DNA of 64,000 bases from Rhodobiaceae bacterium (GTDB lineage Bacteria; Pseudomonadota; Alphaproteobacteria; Rhizobiales; Aestuariivirgaceae). Below the pieces are notes generated by a model, which saw only the letters and a list, made by a program, of their open reading frames with translations, was not told the DNA's origin and did no database searches. Position 1 is the first letter of the stretch, and each line of letters starts with the position of its first letter. Both the position numbers and the translations under genes were made by a program. Where the stretch lies: contig VFJY01000046.1 in assembly GCA_009885825.1 (NCBI GenBank), forward strand, positions 13,409 to 77,408, written 5' to 3'. Shown piece after piece: positions 48,405-56,862 of this stretch.

Positions 48405-49060
48405 TGGAGCATCCCGTTCTCGCCAGCATCAGGCGCTCCGGCTTTATGCCTATGGGATGGTTTGAACCTTCCACTGATGACCGTGTTCCGCATGATGCGA
48501 AGTTCGTGGTCCTTGTTGGCAATGCTGGACCCGATATGTTCCGCCGCTTTGCGCGGGAGCGAAATCCGTTGACCGATGCGATTGATGACTGGACACGGGA
48601 TATTTTAGAAAGCCTCGCTGTGGATCTTTCGGCGCAGGTCGTGTTTCCGTTTGACAGGCCGGCGCTGCCGTTCTTGAGCTGGGCGCGGCGGGCGGGTGCA
48701 GGACATGTCTCGCCCCTCGGGCTCAACATCCATTCCACTTATGGTCTATGGCATGCCTATCGCGCCGCGTTGCTGTTTCCTGTGGCATTCGACATTCCGC
48801 CCCAATCTGCAGGCGCGCATCCCTGTGAAACATGCCCAGACAAGCCCTGCCTGACCGCCTGCCCGGTCGGTGCATTCGACGGAACGTCCTATGCGGTTGA
48901 TACGTGTGCATCCCACGTGGAATCGCCCGCAGGGGCGGATTGCCTTGTCAATGGATGCCTGGCCAGGCGCGCCTGCCCTGTCGGCCAAGGCTTCACCTAT
49001 CATCCCTATCAGGCGCAATTCTTCATGCGCGCGTTCATTGAGTCCCGCCGCGGTGTATAG
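48404..49060 (+). CDS. 4Fe-4S ferredoxin-like protein (QueG/CblC-like N-terminal part)
   Basis: SPLGLNIH..YGLWHAYR, CETCPDKPCLTACP, C..GCLARRACP. Confidence 0.8.
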   Translation: MEHPVLASIRRSGFMPMGWFEPSTDDRVPHDAKFVVLVGNAGPDMFRRFARERNPLTDAIDDWTRDILESLAVDLSAQVVFPFDRPALPFLSWARRAGAGHVSPLGLNIHSTYGLWHAYRAALLFPVAFDIPPQSAGAHPCETCPDKPCLTACPVGAFDGTSYAVDTCASHVESPAGADCLVNGCLARRACPVGQGFTYHPYQAQFFMRAFIESRRGV

Positions 49061-49964
49061 GAATGTTCAGCGCAAACTGGATGCGGGCCAGAACATTATT
49101 CTTGATGGCGGCACGGGAACAGATATCCAAAGACGCGGCGCACCGATGAGCGGCGAGACCTGGTGCGCCGATGTCAACCTGACCCATCCCGAAATCGTTC
49201 AAATGGTGCATGAAGATTATATCCGCGTGGGAGCCGATGTGATCTGCGCCAACACTTTTGCAACCAGCGCCCTCTCCTTCAATGTCTATGGTCGAGATAA
49301 AGAACTTTTGAAAATAGATGCCACGGCGGTTGCCATTGCGAAGAAGGCGGCGGCCGGGACACAGGTTGCCGTCGCGGGCTCAATCTCCACCATGCGACCC
49401 GTAGCTGCTGGCTCCGACCGCACCCTGAAAGATGTCGAATGGACAGAGCCTGAAGCGCGCGAACTGTTCCGTCGCAAGGCGGAGAATCTGGCTGTCACCG
49501 GCATTGACCTCATCATGATGGAGATGATGAGGGACGAGGACTATTCGCTGTTCGCCACCGAGACGGCAATGGCAACCGGACTTCCAGTCTGGGTGGGAAT
49601 TTCCGTAGAAAGGCGCGAAGACGGCAAGCTTTCGGGCTTTGGGCGGAATGACCAGTTGCTGGACGATATTGCGCGGGCATTGTCGGCTACGGGGCCGGCG
49701 GCCATGAGCATCATGCACACCTCTCCCAATGATACGGACGAGGCTTTGCAGATTTTGCGTAAATATTGGGATGGCCCACTGGCCGCCTATCCCGAATGCG
49801 GTTATTTCAAAAGCCCCAACTGGCAATTTGTTGATGTGATTGCGCCTGATGATCTTGTGGCCAAGGCGCAAGACTGGCAGAAACTGGGCGTTTCCATATT
49901 TGGCGGCTGCTGTGGCCTGGGACCCGGCCACATTGCGGCGCTGGCAAAGGAGTTCAAACAATGA
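49053..49964 (+). CDS. Homocysteine S-methyltransferase family protein
   Basis: LDGGTGT, GADVICANTF, C-terminal GGCCG zinc ligands; GTG start inferred. Confidence 0.9.
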   Translation: MYRNVQRKLDAGQNIILDGGTGTDIQRRGAPMSGETWCADVNLTHPEIVQMVHEDYIRVGADVICANTFATSALSFNVYGRDKELLKIDATAVAIAKKAAAGTQVAVAGSISTMRPVAAGSDRTLKDVEWTEPEARELFRRKAENLAVTGIDLIMMEMMRDEDYSLFATETAMATGLPVWVGISVERREDGKLSGFGRNDQLLDDIARALSATGPAAMSIMHTSPNDTDEALQILRKYWDGPLAAYPECGYFKSPNWQFVDVIAPDDLVAKAQDWQKLGVSIFGGCCGLGPGHIAALAKEFKQ

Positions 49965-50344
49965 AGACTGGATCATGCCTGTGTGGGGCGGTGAGGTATA
50001 AGGCACAAAACTTGCGCGATGTTGTCGCCTGCCACTGCGGGCAGTGCCGCAAGCAGACTGGCACCTATATGTCAGCCACCGGTGTCTTGGACACTGATTT
50101 GAACATTATCGAATCACGTGGGCTCAAATGGTTTCGCTCAAGCCGCACCGCCCAACGGGGATTCTGCCAGGAATGCGGCTCAGTCTTGTTCTGGAAGGGC
50201 GATGGCAAGGACTACACTGCCATTTCAGCTGGCTCGCTGGATGGCAAAACGGACCTCAAACTTGAAGGCCATATCTATTGCGATGATGCGGGCGACTATT
50301 ACGAGATTGCCGGTGGTGGGTACAAGTTGGCCCAGTGGAACTAA
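49961..50344 (+). CDS. GFA/CENP-V family zinc protein
   Basis: GSCLCG...CHCGQCRK...RGFCQECGS. Confidence 0.93.
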   Translation: MKTGSCLCGAVRYKAQNLRDVVACHCGQCRKQTGTYMSATGVLDTDLNIIESRGLKWFRSSRTAQRGFCQECGSVLFWKGDGKDYTAISAGSLDGKTDLKLEGHIYCDDAGDYYEIAGGGYKLAQWN

Positions 50345-50347
50345 GTG

Positions 50348-50490
50348 AGGAGGAGACAGTTGCAGGCAGGCAACCATCTCCTTGAAATCACTCCAAACGA
50401 ACAATACGTTTCCGGCGCTGGGCGACTAAAGCAGGAAACTCTCAGGTTTGCCGGGAAGCCAATACTTTAGCGCGCCCGAGAGTGATCCCT
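50348..50490 (-). ncRNA. Candidate structured RNA element, copy 1 (most diverged)
   Basis: Terminal hairpin 50352-50381; closing stem ATCACTC (50387-50393) / GAGTGAT (50480-50486); inner TTTCC..GGAAA stem; homologous to copies 2 and 3. Confidence 0.5.
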
Positions 50491-50499
50491 TTTCAATAG

Positions 50500-50805
50500 T
50501 TATTTAGGACAGCCTGCTTTGCCCACATCATCAGGACCGTCACAGCCGCTGTCGTCCGTTTCGCCTTCATCATTGTCGTTATCATCATCGTCGTCATCAT
50601 GGTCATCATGATCATTGTCATGGCCACCGTGACCCGAGTTATCGCTTGGACCGGAATTGTCGCTATCCGAACCGCTGCCTGAGCTATCCGATCCCTTCGC
50701 ATAGGCTTGCGATGGGCCAAATGGGTCAAAATTTGTGAAAATTGGACCTGCGGTGAGAATGCCAAGCCCGAGGAGTAAACCAAGAATTGAAGTTGAGTTG
50801 CGCAT
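50500..50805 (-). CDS. Small secreted Ser/Gly/His/Asp-rich protein
   Basis: Signal-like N-terminus ending AYA, then GHGGHDNDHDDHDDDDDD and a C-terminal Cys pair. Confidence 0.7.
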   Translation of the reverse strand: MRNSTSILGLLLGLGILTAGPIFTNFDPFGPSQAYAKGSDSSGSGSDSDNSGPSDNSGHGGHDNDHDDHDDDDDDNDNDEGETDDSGCDGPDDVGKAGCPK

Positions 50806-50939
50806 GTTTTTAGACCTCTCATTGTTTCCTTTGAAACCAGACCCCCTGGTTCATTTGCCAGAGATACCAATGTTCAGATGAGGAGGCCCTGAAACCGGTT
50901 TTCAGCGAACTGTCATCTTGAGCAGCCAACCAAATCAAA

Positions 50940-51083
50940 TAGAAAGGAGACGGTTGCGGGCAAGCAACCATCTCCATGAAATCACTCAGTTTACCAAGAT
51001 TTCCCCGCGCTGGGCAGCGTTATTGGAAACTTTTTAAGCTTGGCAGACAGGTCAAGGGCAATCGACCTGACATGGAGTGACTG
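50940..51083 (-). ncRNA. Candidate structured RNA element, copy 2
   Basis: Hairpins at 50946-50975 and 51048-51069 both carry a UUGCCC loop on the minus strand; closing stem ATCACTC/GAGTGA. Confidence 0.55.
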
Positions 51084-51210
51084 GTTCTGAACCGGCAGCA
51101 GGCCAGATGTCCGAATCTGAATACAGGAACTTATCGTCCCCACGAGCCTCTAAAATGGGGACGAATTGTTGTTTCAAAACCACATTGAAGTGACCGAATT
51201 TCAGGTCCGC

Positions 51211-51489
51211 TTACTGAACCTCAGTGACAGTTAACTTTCCATTTACGCGTTCAGCGGTGAACTTGATTTTTGTGCCCGGCTTGAACTTGGGCAGCATGGT
51301 CGCATCCTTGACTGCAAACACCATGGTCATGGCGCCCATGTCGAGATTCTTGAGCGGTTCATGCTTTATGGTGACCTTCAGCTGTTTTTCGTCAACTTTC
51401 TTGACAAGACCGCTCGTCATCTCAGTGCCACTAGCCGATGTCGAAAGCATTGCAGCAAGCAGGGCTGATACAGTGAGTAGCTTCTTCAT
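51211..51489 (-). CDS. CusF-like periplasmic copper-binding protein
   Basis: Signal peptide; KVTIKHEPLKNLDMGAMTMVF (H/M/M site). Confidence 0.92.
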   Translation of the reverse strand: MKKLLTVSALLAAMLSTSASGTEMTSGLVKKVDEKQLKVTIKHEPLKNLDMGAMTMVFAVKDATMLPKFKPGTKIKFTAERVNGKLTVTEVQ

Positions 51490-51544
51490 GATTGTATCCT
51501 TCACAATAGACAGTTGTTGATGGTTGTTGCTTTGAATCTGATTA

Positions 51545-52039
51545 TCAATTCTTGGTGACTTTCAGCGGCCCGTGCATTCCGGATTCGTAGTGGCCGGGAA
51601 TGAGGCACGCGAAGGTGTAATCTCCAGACTTCGAGAAGGTCCAGATGATCTGGCCCGTTTCACCAGGAGCAAGCCGCAATGAGTTGTCATCTGCATGTTC
51701 CATGTCGGGGTTCTTTTCCATCTCGACCTTGTGAGCTAGAACATTGGCTTCGGTGTCCATGACAAACTCGTGATCCGCCTCTCCTTTGTTAGTGAAGTTC
51801 AGGACCACAGTTTCACCTTCCCGGAATTGCAGTTTCTTGGGCTCAAAAATCATCTTTCCGTCATTGGTTTCGCGCATTGTGATGTTAATGGTGCGCTTGG
51901 CCTTAGCCTTTGCGCCCGCCATGCCCAGGGAATACTCATCATGATCCTCCTCATGAGTGCCGGTGGCAAACGCGCCATTTCCCAGTGCCAAAGCTGCAGT
52001 CATGGACGCAATAATCAGTAACCTCATAGTTTTCCTCAT
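51545..52039 (-). CDS. Cupredoxin (plastocyanin/azurin-like) periplasmic protein
   Basis: HEF...FACLIPGHYESGM type-1 copper ligands; signal peptide. Confidence 0.92.
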   Translation of the reverse strand: MRKTMRLLIIASMTAALALGNGAFATGTHEEDHDEYSLGMAGAKAKAKRTINITMRETNDGKMIFEPKKLQFREGETVVLNFTNKGEADHEFVMDTEANVLAHKVEMEKNPDMEHADDNSLRLAPGETGQIIWTFSKSGDYTFACLIPGHYESGMHGPLKVTKN

Positions 52040-52082
52040 TGGTTGATGAATAATTCAAAGTGTCTTGAGATGGGTTTCAGTT

Positions 52083-53426
52083 CTATCCGACAGTTTTCCT
52101 TGGCGGCGCGGTTTTGGCATCGCCAGACTTGACCGGCTCTGGCAGATCGCCTGTCCACTCGTATGCGACCGTACCTTCGGGATGCTTGTACCAACCCGGA
52201 TCGGCGTAGTCGCCGGCTGACAAGCCCTCACGGACTTTGACAACTGAGAACATGCCACCCATTTCAATGGCGCCGAACTGACCAAAGCCAGTCATCATCG
52301 GCAGAGTGTTGTCTGGAAGCGGCATTTCCATCTCGGCCATGTCAGCCATGCCATTCTCACCCATTGGCATGTACTCCTCTTGCACCTTTTGGATTTTTTC
52401 TGCGATTTTGGACTTGTCCGTGCCGATAAAAGTGGGAATGTCATGCCCCATGGCGTTCATGGTGTGATGCGACTTGTGGCAATGGATGGCCCAGTCGCCT
52501 TCGTATTTTGCGTCGAATTCGTAGGCCCGCATACCGCCGACTGGAATGTCAATCGTTACCTCCGGCCATCTTGCTTCAGGCCGCACCCAACCACCGTCAG
52601 TGCAGGTTACTTCAAAATCATAGCCATGCATGTGGATGGGATGGTTTGTCATAGTCAGATTGCCAACGCGCACACGCACCTTGTCATTCTTGCCAACAAC
52701 TAAATGACTGATGCCGGGAAACACACGGCTATTCCAAGACCATATATTAAAGTCGACCATGGTCATGATCTTGGGCATGTAAGAACCAGGATCAATGTCA
52801 TAAGCATTCAGCAGAAACACGAAGTCCCGGTCCACGCGCATGAACTTCGGGTCTTTGGGATGAATGACAAAGAATCCCATCATACCCATGGCCATCTGAG
52901 TCATCTCGTCAGCATGAGGGTGGTACATAAATGTACCGCTCTTTACGAGATCGAACTCGTACACGAAGGTCTTTCCAGCGGGAATACCGGGCTGGGTTAA
53001 CCCAGTCACACCATCCATTCCTGACGGCAAAATCATGCCGTGCCAGTGGACTGATGTATGTTCCTTGAGTTTGTTCGTGACGAAAATGCGCACACGGTCA
53101 CCTTCGACGGCTTCAATCGTCGGTCCAGGCGACTGTCCGTTATAGCCCCAGAGATGCGCCACCATGCCCGGTGCGAACTCTCTATTTACTGGCTCCGCCA
53201 CAAGGTGGAACTCCTTCACTCCGTTGTTCATGCGGTGTGGAAGTGTCCACCCATTCAGTGTCACAACGGGTTGATAGTCAGGCCCGCTGATAGGAAAAAT
53301 CGGCGGCTGCATGTCGGGGGATTTCATGATGGCTGCCTCAGGCAGGGACATTGCCATGGTTTTTGTCCATGCGGCCGCACTGGCTAGAACCGCCCCTGCG
53401 CCGATGATGCTACGACGATTGATCAT
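52083..53426 (-). CDS. Tat-exported multicopper oxidase
   Basis: NRRSII Tat motif; HWHG, MYHPH, HPIHMHG, HCHKSHH..M; ATG 53426. Confidence 0.95.
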   Translation of the reverse strand: MINRRSIIGAGAVLASAAAWTKTMAMSLPEAAIMKSPDMQPPIFPISGPDYQPVVTLNGWTLPHRMNNGVKEFHLVAEPVNREFAPGMVAHLWGYNGQSPGPTIEAVEGDRVRIFVTNKLKEHTSVHWHGMILPSGMDGVTGLTQPGIPAGKTFVYEFDLVKSGTFMYHPHADEMTQMAMGMMGFFVIHPKDPKFMRVDRDFVFLLNAYDIDPGSYMPKIMTMVDFNIWSWNSRVFPGISHLVVGKNDKVRVRVGNLTMTNHPIHMHGYDFEVTCTDGGWVRPEARWPEVTIDIPVGGMRAYEFDAKYEGDWAIHCHKSHHTMNAMGHDIPTFIGTDKSKIAEKIQKVQEEYMPMGENGMADMAEMEMPLPDNTLPMMTGFGQFGAIEMGGMFSVVKVREGLSAGDYADPGWYKHPEGTVAYEWTGDLPEPVKSGDAKTAPPRKTVG

Positions 53427-53454
53427 GTTTGTTTCTCCAAAAATATCATGTGCT

Positions 53455-54903
53455 TCAATGGCCAGCGCTCCCACCTTCGGCGAGTGACACGCCGCCACCG
53501 CCACTGCTGCCGCCGTATCCGCCATGAATGGCAGAGCGCAGATCAACTTCAGCCAACCAAAAATTCTGTTTGGCATTGACGGACATGAGCCTGGCATTGG
53601 TAGAGGCCCGCGTGTCGTTAAGCATCTCAAATGTGCTGGAAATCATGCCGTTGTACTCGAGCAGGACCTCCTGCTTGATGACGTCACGCAATGGCACAAT
53701 CTTGTCCCGGTAATGCAGCGCAATCTCATGGCTTGACTTGTATTTGTCGTAGGCGCCACGGGCTTCAGAACGAATGTTCACTGCTTTCTCGGCAAGACGG
53801 TTGGCCGCGCGCATGTACATGAACTCGGCTTTGCGCATCCGCGCTTTACCAGAGTCAAATATTGGAATCGCAAACTCAAGCTCAATCCGCTTCTTGGTCA
53901 GTTCGGTCGGCCCGCCAGCTTTCGGCTTTTCAAGCTCAACGGCAGCAACAAGTTCCAGGTCGGTGAGATAGCGCGTGGCATTTTCAAGTTTGTGTTCGCG
54001 TGCAACAGCTTCCAGTTCATACTTGGCGATTTGGAGATCAACGCGCGTCCGCAATGCTTCCGTTTCAATGCCGGTTTTCACAATTGTCCGAGCGGGCAGT
54101 TTTGGCAAGGATGATGACAACAAGTAATTTAAGTCGTCGCCCCAAACACCCATAAGCCTGTTCAGTGCTTCCCGCGCCTCACGTTCACTGATGCGAGATT
54201 CGGAAAGTTGCCCAGAGATCTCGGCAAATACGACGTGTTCACGTGCTTGCGCGGCCTTATTGAACGCGCCTGTGCGGCCCAGTTCCTTTGCGAGTTCAGA
54301 GCTTGCATCTGAGGCCGTCTGGGCTTGAAGCAAATAGGAAACGGTCTCCTTCGCTGCCACCGCCTTGATCCAAGCCCGCTGCGTATCAAAAGCGAGCTTC
54401 AATGCGGAGTACGCGGCCTGATGTTGCGCCTCCCTGAATTTCGCTTCGGCAATATCGACGCGTTTCTCCCGAGTGATCAGCGCGAGAAGATTGCCGACAA
54501 TCGCAGACTCAAAAATCCGGACTGTGGCCTTTTCGGCGGTGCCGATGGAAACGACTGGATTCATTAGCATCGTTTCCTGCCACATTTCGGCAGACGAAAT
54601 GCCAATCTCCGCGAGGTCTGCTTGCAAGCCCTTGTTGTTGAGAATGGCAACACGCATAGCCATGTCCCGCGTCAAGGTTTTGTTTTTCAAAATAGCGCGT
54701 GTTTGGGACGCCGCTCTCTGCGCTTCCTCCTGAGACTGCACCCAGACAGGTCGCTTGCCCGTTGCCGCGACAATGTGGGCCGAAGCGCCCTGAAGCCCAT
54801 ACTTCGAGTCTTCAAGCCGTTTCCAGTCAGAATTCGAAGCACAACCAGCCAATAGGCCAGATGTGAGAATCGCAAAGACGGCCTTATTGAGGGCTACATT
54901 CAT
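53455..54903 (-). CDS. TolC-like outer-membrane lipoprotein of the copper cluster
   Basis: LLAGC lipobox, AILNNKGLQA, IPIFDSG, YNGM..S.FEML; ATG 54903. Confidence 0.9.
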   Translation of the reverse strand: MNVALNKAVFAILTSGLLAGCASNSDWKRLEDSKYGLQGASAHIVAATGKRPVWVQSQEEAQRAASQTRAILKNKTLTRDMAMRVAILNNKGLQADLAEIGISSAEMWQETMLMNPVVSIGTAEKATVRIFESAIVGNLLALITREKRVDIAEAKFREAQHQAAYSALKLAFDTQRAWIKAVAAKETVSYLLQAQTASDASSELAKELGRTGAFNKAAQAREHVVFAEISGQLSESRISEREAREALNRLMGVWGDDLNYLLSSSLPKLPARTIVKTGIETEALRTRVDLQIAKYELEAVAREHKLENATRYLTDLELVAAVELEKPKAGGPTELTKKRIELEFAIPIFDSGKARMRKAEFMYMRAANRLAEKAVNIRSEARGAYDKYKSSHEIALHYRDKIVPLRDVIKQEVLLEYNGMISSTFEMLNDTRASTNARLMSVNAKQNFWLAEVDLRSAIHGGYGGSSGGGGVSLAEGGSAGH

Positions 54904-55144
54904 TTTTCTCTCCCTCTGGCTTTTCGCACTTCTCCTTTTCCGCACCGTCTTCCGGGACCCATGCTTCCGGTACAACAGGCTCGCGATGGGTGTAGCCTGT
55001 TAACGTCGCGTGATGGTGTGTCCTCGGCACTTTTGCGCCCGCTTTGACAGGTGATTTGTGTGGCAAGACCTCGGGGAGAGGGCTTGGCGATGCGCACCCA
55101 GCAAGCAGCAAAGGCACAACGACGACAAACAGCGTTGCTTTCAT
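54884..55144 (-). CDS. Small lipoprotein
   Basis: LLLAGC lipobox, HHH, two C-terminal Cys. Confidence 0.7.
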   Translation of the reverse strand: MKATLFVVVVPLLLAGCASPSPLPEVLPHKSPVKAGAKVPRTHHHATLTGYTHREPVVPEAWVPEDGAEKEKCEKPEGEKNECSPQ

Positions 55145-55221
55145 GATAGTTCCGACAATGAAAAAAATGACGATGGGTGAGCTAGGGCGAGCCTAACTCA
55201 AGGCGGATTCCGAGTATGGAA

Positions 55222-55587
55222 TCACGCGCGAGGGGGCCGCTTCAGGCCAAAGTTGATGCGCGAAGTCAGCTGATCGGCTTCAAGCATACTATGAACTACA
55301 AAGTTAGAGGCGAATGCAATAGCAGAACCAGATTCAATCATGTCAACCGTCGAGCAAACCATGTCGCAACAGTCCGTGTTCGTCTTGCTCGACTGGCCAC
55401 CCGATTTCTCTTCGCAAGGCGCACTTACCGCAGCAGCGTGACCATGCCCGGTTGCAGGAGTTATCTTGGCATCCATGGTATGATGAAACGCCATAGCCTG
55501 CTGCGACAACGAAGAAGAGAACGCAAACGAAAACATGACACAGAGTGCCACGATCAATCTTACATATCGCGCCAAGTCGAATCTCAT
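55222..55587 (-). CDS. Small putative metal-binding protein (CopL/DUF2946-like)
   Basis: Hydrophobic N-terminus, HHTM/HGH, DCCDMVC, RPPR end. Confidence 0.65.
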   Translation of the reverse strand: MRFDLARYVRLIVALCVMFSFAFSSSLSQQAMAFHHTMDAKITPATGHGHAAAVSAPCEEKSGGQSSKTNTDCCDMVCSTVDMIESGSAIAFASNFVVHSMLEADQLTSRINFGLKRPPRA

Positions 55588-55649
55588 GGGAGTTGCATAT
55601 AGAAAAATCCTGTGGGGTCAAGTTACACTTTGGTCACGACCACGTTACC

Positions 55650-55880
55650 CTCGCCGCATGCCCTGTTGCATCACTCTGATCAGAACAGCCAATATGCCAG
55701 TAAGCAGTTCCGCAGACTGATGGAAGACAATGATGTCACCTGTTCGATGAGCAGGTCAAGGAACGTGCGGGACAATGCCGCGATGGAGAGCTTTTTCTCT
55801 TGCTCAAGACGGAACGAACAGCGCGTAAAGTCTATCGATCACGTGACCAGGCCAAAGCCCATGTGTTCAGCAGCCCATAT
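55650..55880 (+). mobile_element. IS3-family transposase (integrase core) remnant, frameshifted
   Basis: LLHHSDQNSQYAS...TCSMSRSRNVRDNAAMESFFS, then a frame change to LKTERTARKVYRSRDQAKAHVF; truncated on both sides. Confidence 0.9.
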
Positions 55881-55944
55881 AGCTATGATGCGGCCAATGA
55901 TGGGCACCTGAAACGCATTGTCAGCACGCCGTCATCGAAGCCTG

Positions 55945-56095
55945 AAATAAAAAGGAGATGGTTGCGGGCAAGCAACCATCTCCACTAAATCACTCTCTTC
56001 TGCAAACTTTTTTCCCTCGCTGGACGGCGAAACTGGGAAATTTACTAAGCTCGCTAAGGAAGGTCGAGGGCAATCAACCTGCCGTAGAGTGATTA
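55945..56095 (-). ncRNA. Candidate structured RNA element, copy 3
   Basis: Perfect 12-bp hairpin 55954-55983 with UUGCCC loop plus U-run on the minus strand; closing stem AATCACTCT (55988-55996) / AGAGTGATT (56086-56094); hairpin 56061-56080. Confidence 0.6.
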
Positions 56096-56167
56096 TTTCT
56101 CAAAACTTTTATTTACTAAACTTACTACACATACCAACTCACGATTTCCGTCCGGTATGATTAATAA

Positions 56168-56857
56168 CTACAATACATTGCCTGACGAAACCGTGAGCGG
56201 CGCTGTCAGCATTTTGTCAGTTTGCGAGAGGGCCTCCAAATCCGTCTCCAGTTCGCCATAGCCGGTAAAACGGTATTCAAAGGCCAAGCCCAGTTTTTCA
56301 GCTGATTTTCTAGCGTTTTCAATTATTTGCTCATCATGAACCTGGGCAAGATAGACAATTTTTGTATAGTTCCCGAAGTAGGAGGACAGCAATTCCGGGT
56401 GCCGATCCAGCCCCAGGCCAGCCCAAATTAGCCTGTCAAAATGTCGCGCCAGATAGTCCGTCAGGTAAAAGGCTGTGAATTCATCCTCTGATTTTGCAGC
56501 AAATTCGGGGTTTCCGGAGAAAAACGCATAGCAATGGGGCCCGTCGATTCGCTCGACGCCCTCTTCGTCCAGCATTTTGTCGAGCAAGCCGCCGGTGCCG
56601 CAATCGCCATAAAGCACAAAAATGGACTTGTATTTGTCCCGATTGGCCCGGATTTTCTCACGCACTGCGGGAACGATGAAGTGTGGCGTATTGTGCCATT
56701 TGGCGGGCAGGCACTGTACATCAAAGGCCGTCCAGCGGTTGCGCTCAATGAGGTCAACAATCTCACGGGCCAGGGCCCCGCAGGCGATCAGCAGCACATC
56801 ACCGTTGCCCGTGGCAAACTGGAACTCTTCCGATGGCTTGAGGTCTACGGTCGTCAA
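56168..56857 (-). CDS. DUF1638 family protein
   Basis: LIACGALAREI, CLPAKWHN, YGDCGTGG, GPHCYAFF, FYLTDYL, YFGNY. Confidence 0.9.
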   Translation of the reverse strand: MTTVDLKPSEEFQFATGNGDVLLIACGALAREIVDLIERNRWTAFDVQCLPAKWHNTPHFIVPAVREKIRANRDKYKSIFVLYGDCGTGGLLDKMLDEEGVERIDGPHCYAFFSGNPEFAAKSEDEFTAFYLTDYLARHFDRLIWAGLGLDRHPELLSSYFGNYTKIVYLAQVHDEQIIENARKSAEKLGLAFEYRFTGYGELETDLEALSQTDKMLTAPLTVSSGNVL

Positions 56858-56862
56858 GGGAT

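Noticed and set aside
55595-55625. CTTGAC...CTATAT sigma70-like promoter or CueR site before the copper operon
   Set aside because: The hexamers match the rhizobial consensus but the spacer is only 14 nt, and the CueR dyad (ACCTTCC-N7-GGAAGGT) is absent.
50348-56095. Triplicated element read as integron attC sites, CRISPR repeats or a cobalamin riboswitch
   Set aside because: No RYYYAAC/GTTRRRY ends or integrase; spacing is kilobases with no cas genes; B12-box motifs are absent.
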